Notes: generated by a model not told the origin, from the sequence alone. Counted from the first letter of the stretch, positions 47,986 through 56,864 are shown. The stretch is DNA of 64,000 nucleotides from Anaerolineae bacterium (GCA_034435375.1 DAOTXR010000048.1:272984-336983), one strand, 5' to 3'. Translations and numbers: made by a program.

Positions 47986-48028
47986 TTGATGGTTTGATTT
48001 TGTTTGATTTTTAGAATCAGACCATCAA
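47986..48028 (+). other. AT-rich imperfect hairpin in the spacer between the two cooC paralogues
   Basis: Arms TTGATGGTTTGATT (47986-47999) and AATCAGACCATCAA (48015-48028) pair at 13 of 14 positions. The 15-nt loop contains the direct repeat TTTGATTTT. Confidence 0.35.
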
Positions 48029-48079
48029 ATCCTTAAGCAGAACCTGGCCGCACGTAGAATTGGCATTGAGGAGCCACCT

Positions 48080-48868
48080 ATGACAACAACCATCGCACTC
48101 GCAGGCAAGGGCGGCGTCGGTAAGACGACCGTGGCAGGCATGATCATCAAGTACCTAGCTCAGACACAGGCCGGCTCCATCCTGGCAATTGACGCTGACC
48201 CCAGCAGCAACCTCAACATGGTGCTGGGACTGAACCTGGAGTGGACAGTTGGGGACATCCGCGAGGGGCTGCTAGAGCAGGTCAAGTCGTCGCTGACGGC
48301 AGGTGGCGCAGCCATGGGGGCGCTCCCTGGCGGTGTGACCAAGCGCGACTACCTCGACTACGAGATTCGCTCCTCATTGGCTGAGGGCGACCGCTTCGAC
48401 CTGGTCGCCATGGGTCGTTCGGAGGGGCCAGGCTGCTACTGTGCTGTCAATCACAACCTGCGCGAAGTGCTGGATGCCATTAGCAAGAATTATCGTTATA
48501 TCGTGATCGACAATGAAGCAGGCATGGAACACTTGAGCCGCCGAACCACGCGCGATGTGAACCACCTGCTGATCGTTAGCGACCCGACCCAGCGCGGGAT
48601 TGTTGCCGCCGGGCGCATTGCTGCTCTACGCCACGAATTGGATATTGGCGTCGAGAATGCTTATCTGATTCTGAACCGGGTGTCAGGAGAACTGCCTGCG
48701 CCGCTCAGAGCGCAGATCGATACGCTGGACATCCCCTTGCTGGGAACGGTGCCCAACAGCCAAGAACTGGCTGAGTTTGAGTTTAATGGTCGCCCGCTGA
48801 TAGACCTGGGCGACCACTCGCCGGTGTATCAGGCGGTGGCCAGCATGATGCAGCAAATCCTATCGTGA
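48080..48868 (+). CDS. cooC: CooC/AcsF-type P-loop metallochaperone ATPase, paralogue 2
   Basis: LAGKGGVGKTTVAGMIIKYL, IDADPSSNL, CxC motif GPGCYCAVNHNL. GAGGAG Shine-Dalgarno before the ATG. Confidence 0.8.
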   Translation: MTTTIALAGKGGVGKTTVAGMIIKYLAQTQAGSILAIDADPSSNLNMVLGLNLEWTVGDIREGLLEQVKSSLTAGGAAMGALPGGVTKRDYLDYEIRSSLAEGDRFDLVAMGRSEGPGCYCAVNHNLREVLDAISKNYRYIVIDNEAGMEHLSRRTTRDVNHLLIVSDPTQRGIVAAGRIAALRHELDIGVENAYLILNRVSGELPAPLRAQIDTLDIPLLGTVPNSQELAEFEFNGRPLIDLGDHSPVYQAVASMMQQILS

Positions 48869-48872
48869 GGGC

Positions 48873-50006
48873 TTGTATACTTTTCACAGGGGTGTGAGGC
48901 AGGGCCACAGTACTGTGACCACGCCCCTATCGCTTGCGATGACCATGACAGCAGGCTGTGCAGTTTGTGGCCAATCCCCTCCTCTTATGTCCGAGGCGCT
49001 TGGGGTGTGCCCCGAATGCGCTCGCCGCGAGGAAGGCGCACTACGCGCACAAGCAGCTCATGTTCGCTCTCGTCGGCTGTTTGGCCTGCCGGAGGTCCCA
49101 CCTCGTTCCGAGCAGGGCATCCGATGCACATGGTGTGGAAGTGAGTGCCTGATTGGCGAAGGGGAGCGCGGTTTTTGTGGCTTGCGGACGGTCAAGGATG
49201 GCCGGTTGCGCCACATTGCTGGGACGCCACAACGTGGCCTTCTACACTGGTACCGCGATCCACTTCCCACCAACTGCGTTGCTGACTGGGTATGCGCCGG
49301 CCATCGGCAGCACGGAAGGCACAACCTGGCTGTTTTCTATCAGAGTTGCACCCTGGACTGCCTGTATTGCCAGAACTGGCACTACCGGGAAGTGGATGCT
49401 GAGCGCAGCGTTGGAATCGCCGCTGACGAGCTGGCCAGCGCGGCTAACCTCCAGACGTTCTGTGTGTGCTACTTCGGCGGCGATCCGGCCTCGCAGATGG
49501 CCCATGCACTGGTTTCGGCCAAGATGCTGGCAGAACGCGGGGTGGTGGTCTGCTGGGAGACCGCAGGCACCAGCCATCCACGCCTGCTCGATCGGGCCGT
49601 AGAGCTGTCCCTGCACAGCGGGGGCTGCCTCAAGTTCGACCTGAAGGCCTTCACCGAGCCGTTGCATATCGCCTTGACTGGCTTGAGCAACCGCCAGACA
49701 CTGGCCAACTTCACGCGTGCGGCCCGGCGATTTGGCGAACGGTCTGGCTCTCCCCCAATCGTTGCAAGCACGCTGCTGGTGCCTGGCTATGTGGATGCTG
49801 AGGAGGTGAGGCGCATCGCACGCTTCATCGCAGACCAGAACCCAGCGATTCCCTACTCGCTGCTCGGTTTTGCACCCAACTATCTGATGCCCGATCTCCC
49901 TCCTACATCGGTGAGTCACGCCGAAGCCGCCCGGCAAGCTGCCCTTGATGAGGGCTTGCAGAATGTCCATGTCGGCAACCGCCATCTGCTTGGTCGGGAC
50001 TACTGA
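48873..50006 (+). CDS. Radical SAM protein with N-terminal Cys-rich (zinc-ribbon-like) region, PFL-activase/AmmeMemoRadiSam-like family
   Basis: CX3CX2C in AVFYQSCTLDCLYCQNWHYRE. N-terminal CAVCGQ...CPECA and CTWCGSEC...GFCGLR. Start uncertain (TTG 48873 versus ATG 48939). Confidence 0.8.
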   Translation: MYTFHRGVRQGHSTVTTPLSLAMTMTAGCAVCGQSPPLMSEALGVCPECARREEGALRAQAAHVRSRRLFGLPEVPPRSEQGIRCTWCGSECLIGEGERGFCGLRTVKDGRLRHIAGTPQRGLLHWYRDPLPTNCVADWVCAGHRQHGRHNLAVFYQSCTLDCLYCQNWHYREVDAERSVGIAADELASAANLQTFCVCYFGGDPASQMAHALVSAKMLAERGVVVCWETAGTSHPRLLDRAVELSLHSGGCLKFDLKAFTEPLHIALTGLSNRQTLANFTRAARRFGERSGSPPIVASTLLVPGYVDAEEVRRIARFIADQNPAIPYSLLGFAPNYLMPDLPPTSVSHAEAARQAALDEGLQNVHVGNRHLLGRDY

Positions 50007-51058
50007 AGCGTGCAAAGTATCTGGGCAACCTGTGACAACACCTCAATGGCGCGTTCAGCAATGGGGACCGTGGTCGAGCCTAAACCGCAGCTAGGGGTGA
50101 CCAAGCTACAGTGGGCAAACTCCTGGGGGTCGATCTGAATGCCGCGTGCGTGCGCCTTCTCGCTGATCAGCTGGAACCCGGCTTGCAACCGTTCGACAAT
50201 GGCTTCCGGCGATAGACCCAGCAAGGCGTCATTGTTCGGCACAATACCCCATGCTACCACCCCGCCTCGGTCAAGAAAGGCACGCATCTCCGCCGGATAT
50301 AGCGCCAGATGATCGAGAAAGCCAAAGGCATCCAGGCTGAGCACATCGACCCTTGTCTGGAGCAAGACTGACCAGTCCGTGTTAGCACAGCAGTGAACAC
50401 CAGCCTTCGCCCCCTCAGCGTGGATGGCATCAAACACCTCGTTCATCATATCGACGGCCTGCGTCTGCCCCAGGTTGATGAAGGCCGAGCCGAACGATGC
50501 CATGTACGGTTCATCGACGAACAGAATCACGTGAGGGCGCACATCTCGAAGCTGCCTGATCTGCCAGCGGGCATTCATGGCCGAGTTCTTCACCAGAACA
50601 TCAGCCAGCACCTCATGATACAGCACGGCCCGCAGGTCCTGGTCAGTGACTGTCAGCCCAAAACTGATCGGCCCAATGACCTGTCCCTTAATCCAACCGT
50701 TGCCTGCTGGGGGCGTTCGGCGCAGTGTCTCCAGCAGGGCATAAAATCCTGCGGCGTGATCTGGATGTAGCGCAAAGGAGTCCACGTCTTCAGCCAGGTA
50801 TCGCTCGTAGAACGCTTCAACCGCTCCCATCAGATTGCCTGTGGTGTCGAAGATGATCTTCTCTTTGACCTTGTCGACTGTGGCCCCTGGCAGGTGAGGC
50901 CCATATTGGACATAGATACTCTCAAGAAACGTGCGACGTGGGAATTGCGGCCAGGCCGGCACATCGAGTCTGTCGTTCAGCCATTCGCACAGAGCTACAG
51001 GCTCAGTGTGTGGAAAGCTCCCCACGTGTGTGGTCCAGTACCGTGGTGTGAAATCCAT
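50000..51058 (-). CDS. Short 'core' MetE-like zinc methyltransferase (cobalamin-independent methionine synthase catalytic-domain homologue, 352 aa)
   Basis: N-terminal HVGSFPHT (the MetE C-domain begins xxGSFPxT). Zn-ligand contexts GVHCCANTDW and LVTPSCGLG (compare HxC and PDCGL in MetE). No N-terminal folate-binding half. AGGAGA Shine-Dalgarno. Confidence 0.7.
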   Translation of the reverse strand: MDFTPRYWTTHVGSFPHTEPVALCEWLNDRLDVPAWPQFPRRTFLESIYVQYGPHLPGATVDKVKEKIIFDTTGNLMGAVEAFYERYLAEDVDSFALHPDHAAGFYALLETLRRTPPAGNGWIKGQVIGPISFGLTVTDQDLRAVLYHEVLADVLVKNSAMNARWQIRQLRDVRPHVILFVDEPYMASFGSAFINLGQTQAVDMMNEVFDAIHAEGAKAGVHCCANTDWSVLLQTRVDVLSLDAFGFLDHLALYPAEMRAFLDRGGVVAWGIVPNNDALLGLSPEAIVERLQAGFQLISEKAHARGIQIDPQEFAHCSLVTPSCGLGSTTVPIAERAIEVLSQVAQILCTLQ

Positions 51059-51119
51059 CGGTCTGTCTCCTGAAAGATGGCTTCCTAAGGAACGCTCCCG
51101 TGAGTATTCCTGCCGATTC

Positions 51120-51593
51120 TTATCTCCCGGCTTTCAACGCCGTCAGAGCGAGTTGAACGCCGTCTTCGGGGTTGATCCTGATTCTGGCGTCAACAATCTT
51201 TCCTTGCTCGTCAATCACAAAGTGGCTGCGGATCACTCCCATAGTGGTGCGGCCATACGTCGATTTTTCTCCCCACACGCCGTAGGCTGCGGCAATGGCG
51301 TGATCCTCGTCGACCAGCAGTGTGAATGGCAGATTGTACTTAGCCTTGAACTCCCGATGGCTGGCTTGTCCATCTGGGCTGACGCCAAGCACAATGGCAT
51401 TGTGTTCCTCAATGGCCGGGTAGTTGTCACGGAAGCTACAAGCTTGCTTGGTGCAGCCGGGGGTATCGTCTTTGGGATAAAAGTAGAGCACCACGCGCCT
51501 GCCGCGGAGGCTGCTGAGCTTGATCTTCTCGCCTGCATCGGTGAGTGCCTCAAAGTCGGGGGCAAGATCGCCAATCTTAGGTGAGTCGCTCAT
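51120..51593 (-). CDS. bcp: Peroxiredoxin, Bcp type
   Basis: VVLYFYPKDDTPGCTKQACSFRD with the peroxidatic Cys. Confidence 0.92.
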   Translation of the reverse strand: MSDSPKIGDLAPDFEALTDAGEKIKLSSLRGRRVVLYFYPKDDTPGCTKQACSFRDNYPAIEEHNAIVLGVSPDGQASHREFKAKYNLPFTLLVDEDHAIAAAYGVWGEKSTYGRTTMGVIRSHFVIDEQGKIVDARIRINPEDGVQLALTALKAGR

Positions 51594-51675
51594 GCTGATG
51601 ATTTCTCCTTGGTTCTGTACGATTCGTTAAGGAGACTGTATCGTATTTCACCTAGCCTGTCAGCACTCACATCGC

Positions 51676-53550
51676 TCATCTTTGCTCAGCTCGTACTGCC
51701 TCGATGATCTCGGCGATCAGGTCATAACGGCCAAACTGCGGCATCAGATACAGGCCCGCTACCCCCATCTGCCGAAACTGTCCGGCCAGTTCCTGGGCGA
51801 TCCTGACCCCTTCCTGGGGTGCGCTGTCCCCGGCAGCCTCAATGCGAGATCGAATCGCATCGGGGATCACGATGCCAGGCACCTCATTGTGCAGAAAGGC
51901 CGCGTGCCGTGCGCTGTACAGCGGCAGCAGCCCGACCAGCACTGGTATATCGAGTGGGCCATGGAGCGAAGTGTAACGCTCCATGAACTGCCGGTAGGTA
52001 TCCACTTCAAATATCGGCTGCGTGATCAGATAATCGGCTCCGCTGGTCAGTTTCTTGCGCAGTGTCTTGATCTCGTGTTCTGTGTCGGGTGCAGCGAGGT
52101 TCAATGCGCAGCTCACCAGAAAATTCGTCGGCTGCCCGATGCGGTTGCCCCCCCAATCAAGACCCTGGTTCAGATTCTGTTTGATCAATCGCACTAGCCC
52201 GGAGGGCACGATGTCGTAGTTGTCGGCGGCTTCCGGATAGTCGCCAATGTTGGTCGGGTCGCCCATCACAACGAACAGGTTGCGCACGCCCAGCGCGTGC
52301 GCGGCGAGCAGATCGCCCTGGATGCGCAACAGGTTACGGCCACGTGTGGGGAAGTGCAACACCGTGTCGACGCCAGCCCGGCTTGCCAGCAGATGGCATA
52401 CAGCCCACGGACTCATCCGCATCCGTGCCATAGGGCTGTCAGTTACATCGATCACGTCTGCGCCGGCATCGCGCAACATTTGAGCAGCGTGCAAGATTTT
52501 ATCGGCGACAAGGCCGCGTGGAGGCGAGACCTCAACTGCGACGACGAACTCACGGCGGGACAGCTTCTGAGCCAGCGGGCTGGGCGCAGGAGCAGCGATC
52601 TCCTCCTCAGCCGCCTCGGCGGCATAATCAACCATGTGCAGGGTGCTGGCCCGCGCAGGGTTGTCCAGCGCAACACGCATTGCCGCAGTATGTTCAGGTG
52701 TGGTACCGCAGCACCCGCCGACGATAACTACGCCCTCATTGCGCAGCGCCACAGCATAGTCGGCAAAATAGTCTGGTCCAGAGGTGTACATCACACGCCC
52801 ACCGATATTCTCTGGCCAACCGGCATTGGGAATGGCCGATAGATACACTGGCTGGCCCGCTAGAGCAGATTGCATCTGCTTGACGATGCGCATGATCTGC
52901 GCCGGGCCATTGGAGCAGTTGACGCCGATCACGTCCACTTTCAGATTGGCCAATGCACGCGCCACTTGGGCGGGAGTATCGCCCATCAGGGTACGATCGT
53001 CACGAGTGAAGGTCATCTGGGCAATGATGGGCAGGTCACATACATCGTGTGCAGCCCGCACTGCCTCTCCAATCTCGTGCAGGTCTGAGAAGGTCTCCAG
53101 TATCAACACATCGGCTCCTGCCTCACACAGCACCTCGATCTGCTCGCGGAAGGCTTCGTGAGCTTGCTGGGCAGGAACCCGCCCGATTGGTGCCAGTCGC
53201 ACACCCAAGGGCCCTACCGACGCTGCCACATAGACATTTGGCCTGAAGGCAGCTTCGGCAGCCTGCCGGGCCAGCCGGACGCCTGCCCGGTTGATCTCAG
53301 CCAGACGGCTTTCTAGGCCATGCTCGGCCAGCTTAAAACGGTTGGCGCCAAAGGTGTTTGTCTCGATTACCTCAGCACCTGCTTCCAGATACTGACGGTG
53401 GATCCCAAACACGAGAGCGGGCTTGCTGAGGTTAAGCTCGTCGAAGCAGGCCTCCACCGGCACACCGCTGGCGTGCAGCAGTGTGCCCATAGCCCCATCA
53501 GCTAGAATGACTCCCTGCGCAAGCCGTTCCCGGAAAGGTACAGCGCTCAT
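51676..53550 (-). CDS. Bifunctional homocysteine S-methyltransferase domain + 5,10-methylenetetrahydrofolate reductase (YitJ-like)
   Basis: N-terminal half: ILADGAMGTLL, ETNTFGAN, Zn Cys GVNCSNGP and GGCCGTTPEH. C-terminal half is MetF-like: VVAVEVSPPRG, DVIDVTDSPMARMRMS, TRGRNLL, NLFVVMGDP. Confidence 0.88.
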   Translation of the reverse strand: MSAVPFRERLAQGVILADGAMGTLLHASGVPVEACFDELNLSKPALVFGIHRQYLEAGAEVIETNTFGANRFKLAEHGLESRLAEINRAGVRLARQAAEAAFRPNVYVAASVGPLGVRLAPIGRVPAQQAHEAFREQIEVLCEAGADVLILETFSDLHEIGEAVRAAHDVCDLPIIAQMTFTRDDRTLMGDTPAQVARALANLKVDVIGVNCSNGPAQIMRIVKQMQSALAGQPVYLSAIPNAGWPENIGGRVMYTSGPDYFADYAVALRNEGVVIVGGCCGTTPEHTAAMRVALDNPARASTLHMVDYAAEAAEEEIAAPAPSPLAQKLSRREFVVAVEVSPPRGLVADKILHAAQMLRDAGADVIDVTDSPMARMRMSPWAVCHLLASRAGVDTVLHFPTRGRNLLRIQGDLLAAHALGVRNLFVVMGDPTNIGDYPEAADNYDIVPSGLVRLIKQNLNQGLDWGGNRIGQPTNFLVSCALNLAAPDTEHEIKTLRKKLTSGADYLITQPIFEVDTYRQFMERYTSLHGPLDIPVLVGLLPLYSARHAAFLHNEVPGIVIPDAIRSRIEAAGDSAPQEGVRIAQELAGQFRQMGVAGLYLMPQFGRYDLIAEIIEAVRAEQR

Positions 53551-53831
53551 GACAATTCCCCCTCACCTGAGATTCTGATTGAACGTCTGTCGCTTTGCCT
53601 AGTGAAATGCGAAGAATTTACCGTCCCTGGCAGAGTAGAGCAAGTGGTGTGTCACATCGTCCTCAAGAACTCACAGGGCGCCATGGCCCCCAATGAGGGG
53701 GTAAAGTCTAGGGTGGTGTGCGAGGCGGTGAGATGGGCCATCAGAGCCAGGTGCATTCCAACAGAGTCCTAACCACAGTCCACCACATCCTTCGACAACA
53801 TTCCGTGTAGTAAATGAATCCGTAATTTGGG

Positions 53832-53848
53832 CTGAATCCCGGATTCAG
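53832..53848. promoter_or_regulatory. 17-bp perfect palindrome, possible operator
   Basis: CTGAATCC-C-GGATTCAG. It shares the core TCCCGG with the tandem 12-mers 70 bp downstream. Confidence 0.25.
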
Positions 53849-53918
53849 ATACAATTGCTTCCCAATAATCAGCCGACTCCGGGGAAGACAATGCACAATC
53901 CTCATCTGAACATGAGGG

Positions 53919-53942
53919 CATTCCCGGTTTCATTCCCGGTTT
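53919..53942. repeat. Exact tandem duplication of the 12-mer CATTCCCGGTTT, 35 nt upstream of the aminotransferase start
   Basis: CATTCCCGGTTT at 53919-53930 and again at 53931-53942. Confidence 0.9.
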
Positions 53943-53976
53943 GTTGTGGGTGACGTCACAGGGAGTAAGTCCATAT

Positions 53977-55194
53977 ATGAGCATTAGCCAGTTGGCCAAA
54001 TCCATCCGAGAATCGCCCACCCTGGCGCTTAACGAAGAGGCTCGCATCCTGAGGGAGCGAGGAGAGCCTGTCATCAACTTGAGCGTTGGCGAGCCAAAAA
54101 ACAAGACTCCCATTGCGGCCGTCTTAGGTTCGGCAGCCAAACTGAGGGCTGGCGATATCAAATATGTTCCGACCGACGGCCTCCCTTCGCTCAAGAAGGC
54201 CATTATCCGTTATACAGAGGAGAACTATGACCGACTACCGGCGCCAGAGAACGTGATCGTCTCCACGGGTGCCAAACAGTCGCTCTACAATCTTCTGCTC
54301 ACTATCGTCAACCCCCAGGAAGAAGTCATCATCCTGGCTCCCTACTGGGTCAGCTACCCGGAGATGGTCAGGATGGTATACGGGGTGCCGGTAATCGTGA
54401 CGCCGGAGGATGGAACCTTCTATCCACGCATGGAGGAGATCGCGCAGGCGGTCAGCCCTTACACCAGGGCGATTATTGTCAACAGCCCTAATAATCCATC
54501 TGGCGCAGTTTTCCCCGAAGAATTCATCGCCGAGATTGTGGAATTTTGCGAGCGCAAGGGCATCTACCTGATCATGGACGACATCTACCATAAGCTGGTG
54601 TTCGATGGCAAACAGGCAGCTCCTGGCTATCGCTTCACCAACCGCGACCTTGAGAACACGCGGATCATTGTCATCAATGGCGTCTCAAAGCTGTACGGCA
54701 TGACTGGCTTCCGCATCGGCTGGGTGATCGCCAGCCGTAAGCTGGTGGAGGTGATGACCAACGTCCAGGCCCAGACGACCTCCTGCCCGCCAGTAGTGTC
54801 TCAGGCTGCCGCGGAAGGTGCACTGACCGGCGTCCAGAGCGTGGTCGAGCATCTGCGCCTGACTATCCAGAATAACCGCGATGTGATTGTGAGCGAGCTT
54901 GGCACCTTCACCGATATAGAGACCTTCCGCCCAGAGGGAACATTCTATGTTCTGCCCGACTTCCGTGCCTACAATGGCGACTCAGTAGCGCTAGCCAACT
55001 TTTTGCTCAAGAAAGCCCTGGTTGTGACCGTGCCGGGCAAGGAGTTCGGTGCAGAGGGGCACCTGCGGCTTAGCTTCTCTGGCTCGGTGAAGGAAATCAC
55101 GGAGGGGATCGACCGCATCAAGTGGGCTCTGGATCCAAACGCTCCGAACGAGATTTACATCGGCGACCGCAAGATGATCCGGGATTGGCTGTAG
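53977..55194 (+). CDS. Class-I pyridoxal-phosphate aminotransferase (aspartate aminotransferase-like)
   Basis: NLSVGEP, NSPNNPSGAV, PLP-lysine context GVSKLYGMTGFRIGW, LRLSF. ATG 53977 (track start 53941). Confidence 0.88.
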   Translation: MSISQLAKSIRESPTLALNEEARILRERGEPVINLSVGEPKNKTPIAAVLGSAAKLRAGDIKYVPTDGLPSLKKAIIRYTEENYDRLPAPENVIVSTGAKQSLYNLLLTIVNPQEEVIILAPYWVSYPEMVRMVYGVPVIVTPEDGTFYPRMEEIAQAVSPYTRAIIVNSPNNPSGAVFPEEFIAEIVEFCERKGIYLIMDDIYHKLVFDGKQAAPGYRFTNRDLENTRIIVINGVSKLYGMTGFRIGWVIASRKLVEVMTNVQAQTTSCPPVVSQAAAEGALTGVQSVVEHLRLTIQNNRDVIVSELGTFTDIETFRPEGTFYVLPDFRAYNGDSVALANFLLKKALVVTVPGKEFGAEGHLRLSFSGSVKEITEGIDRIKWALDPNAPNEIYIGDRKMIRDWL

Positions 55195-55205
55195 GAGATG
55201 CTGTT

Positions 55206-56864
55206 ATGTACAACCTGCTGAACATCAAGACGCCCACCCAGGAACAAGCATCTGATCTCAAGAGCGACTATGGATTGGCCAACCACGGCCTGACCAACCT
55301 GAACACCGTTTACTGGAACCTGCCAGAAGAAGCCCTCTATGAGGAGATCATCTTCCGCCGTGAGGGTCGCATTACTCACCAAGGGCCGATCGTGGTCAAC
55401 ACCGGCGCCTTTACGGCTCGGGCTGCACAGGACAAATACATTGTGCGCGAACCAACCAGCGAAGATCACGTGTGGTGGGGCGAGTACAACCGCCCTGTCA
55501 GCGCAGACAAGTTCGATGAGACATTCAGCCGCCTACAGGGTTTTCTGCAGGGGCGCGATCTATTCGTCCAGGATTGCTATGTAGGCGCTGATCCAGAGCA
55601 TCGGATGCCGATCCGCATCATTACAGAGTATGCCTGGCACAGCCTGTTTGCTCGCAACATGTTCATTGCCCCGCGATCGCGCGAGGAATACCGCCTTCAT
55701 GTCCCCGACTTTACTGTGCTGGCTGTGCCTTCCTTCAAAGCTTTTGAGCCAATCGATGGTACCCGCACCAGCACCTTCATCATCCTCAACTTTGACAAGC
55801 GGCTATGCATCATTGGCAACACGGCCTATGGCGGTGAGATCAAGAAGTCAGTGTTCACGGTGATGAACTACTTGCTGCCATTGGAAGGCGTGATGACTAT
55901 GCACTGTTCAGCCAACATAGGCCAGGATGACGACGTGGCGCTGTTTTTTGGCCTGTCTGGTACAGGCAAAACCACTCTCTCGGCGGATCCAAACCGTGGG
56001 TTGATTGGCGATGATGAGCATGGCTGGAGTGACGAAGGGGTATTTAATTTCGAAGGCGGCTGCTATGCCAAGGTCATCCAGCTCTCGCCCACTGCCGAAC
56101 CGCAGATCCACGCCGCCACGCACCGATTCGGCACCATTCTGGAGAACGTCGTCTACGATCCCACCACACGCCTGATCGATCTGGATGACGGCTCCATCAC
56201 TGAGAATACTCGCGCCTCTTACCCGTTGGAGTTTATCTCGAATGCCATCCCCGACAAGCGAGGCGGGCACCCCAAGAACATTGTAATGCTCACTTGCGAC
56301 GCTCAGGGGGTAATGCCGCCCATCGCTCGCCTGACGCCCGATCAGGCTATGTATCACTTTATCTCCGGCTACACCTCAAAAATAGCGGGAACTGAAATTG
56401 GCCTGGGCGAAGAGCCGGAGATCACGTTCAGCACGTGCTTCGGCGCACCCTTCATGGTGCACAGACCTACTTTCTACGCTGACCTGCTCAAGCGTAAAAT
56501 CCTGCGCTATGGGGTCACCTGCTGGCTGATCAACACCGGCTGGGTCGGCGGCCCCTATGGGGTCGGTAAACGCATCAGCATCCATCACACGCGGGCGTTG
56601 CTGAGTGCGGCCCTGTCGGGCCAGCTTGAAGAAGTAGAGTACTACCAAGACCCCCTTTTCGGGTTCCAGGTACCTACTCACTGCCCTGGCGTCCCCGACA
56701 GCGTGTTATATCCTGCCGAGTCGTGGGCGAGTCAGGATGAATACTGGCGAAAGTATAGACAGCTTGCCAGCCGTTTCATTGACAACTTCAAGAAATTCGC
56801 GGCAGACTGCCCCCAGGAGGTCCGTGAAGCTGGCCCAACCCTCAAGGATGCATCCCTGATTTGA
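55206..56864 (+). CDS. pckA: Phosphoenolpyruvate carboxykinase (ATP)
   Basis: Kinase-1a FFGLSGTGKTTLS, IGDDEHGW, GGCYAK, TGWVGGPYGVGKRISI. ATG 55206 lies 8 nt after AGGAG (track start 55122 overlaps the upstream gene). Confidence 0.94.
   Translation: MYNLLNIKTPTQEQASDLKSDYGLANHGLTNLNTVYWNLPEEALYEEIIFRREGRITHQGPIVVNTGAFTARAAQDKYIVREPTSEDHVWWGEYNRPVSADKFDETFSRLQGFLQGRDLFVQDCYVGADPEHRMPIRIITEYAWHSLFARNMFIAPRSREEYRLHVPDFTVLAVPSFKAFEPIDGTRTSTFIILNFDKRLCIIGNTAYGGEIKKSVFTVMNYLLPLEGVMTMHCSANIGQDDDVALFFGLSGTGKTTLSADPNRGLIGDDEHGWSDEGVFNFEGGCYAKVIQLSPTAEPQIHAATHRFGTILENVVYDPTTRLIDLDDGSITENTRASYPLEFISNAIPDKRGGHPKNIVMLTCDAQGVMPPIARLTPDQAMYHFISGYTSKIAGTEIGLGEEPEITFSTCFGAPFMVHRPTFYADLLKRKILRYGVTCWLINTGWVGGPYGVGKRISIHHTRALLSAALSGQLEEVEYYQDPLFGFQVPTHCPGVPDSVLYPAESWASQDEYWRKYRQLASRFIDNFKKFAADCPQEVREAGPTLKDASLI

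Noticed and set aside
53551-53780. S-box (SAM-I), T-box or cobalamin riboswitch in the yitJ-like leader
   Set aside because: Manual scan of the minus-strand leader found no GAGGGA..GGCCC..GCAACC..GGTGCTAA core and no T-box sequence. Only a partial AGGGACGGTAAATTC resemblance to the cobalamin core was seen, without the CCCGC/GCCACTG elements. An Infernal scan is needed to be sure.
53769-54203. 144-aa minus-strand ORF in the divergent spacer
   Set aside because: It overlaps the well-supported aminotransferase 5' end in antisense, and has no Shine-Dalgarno and no motifs.
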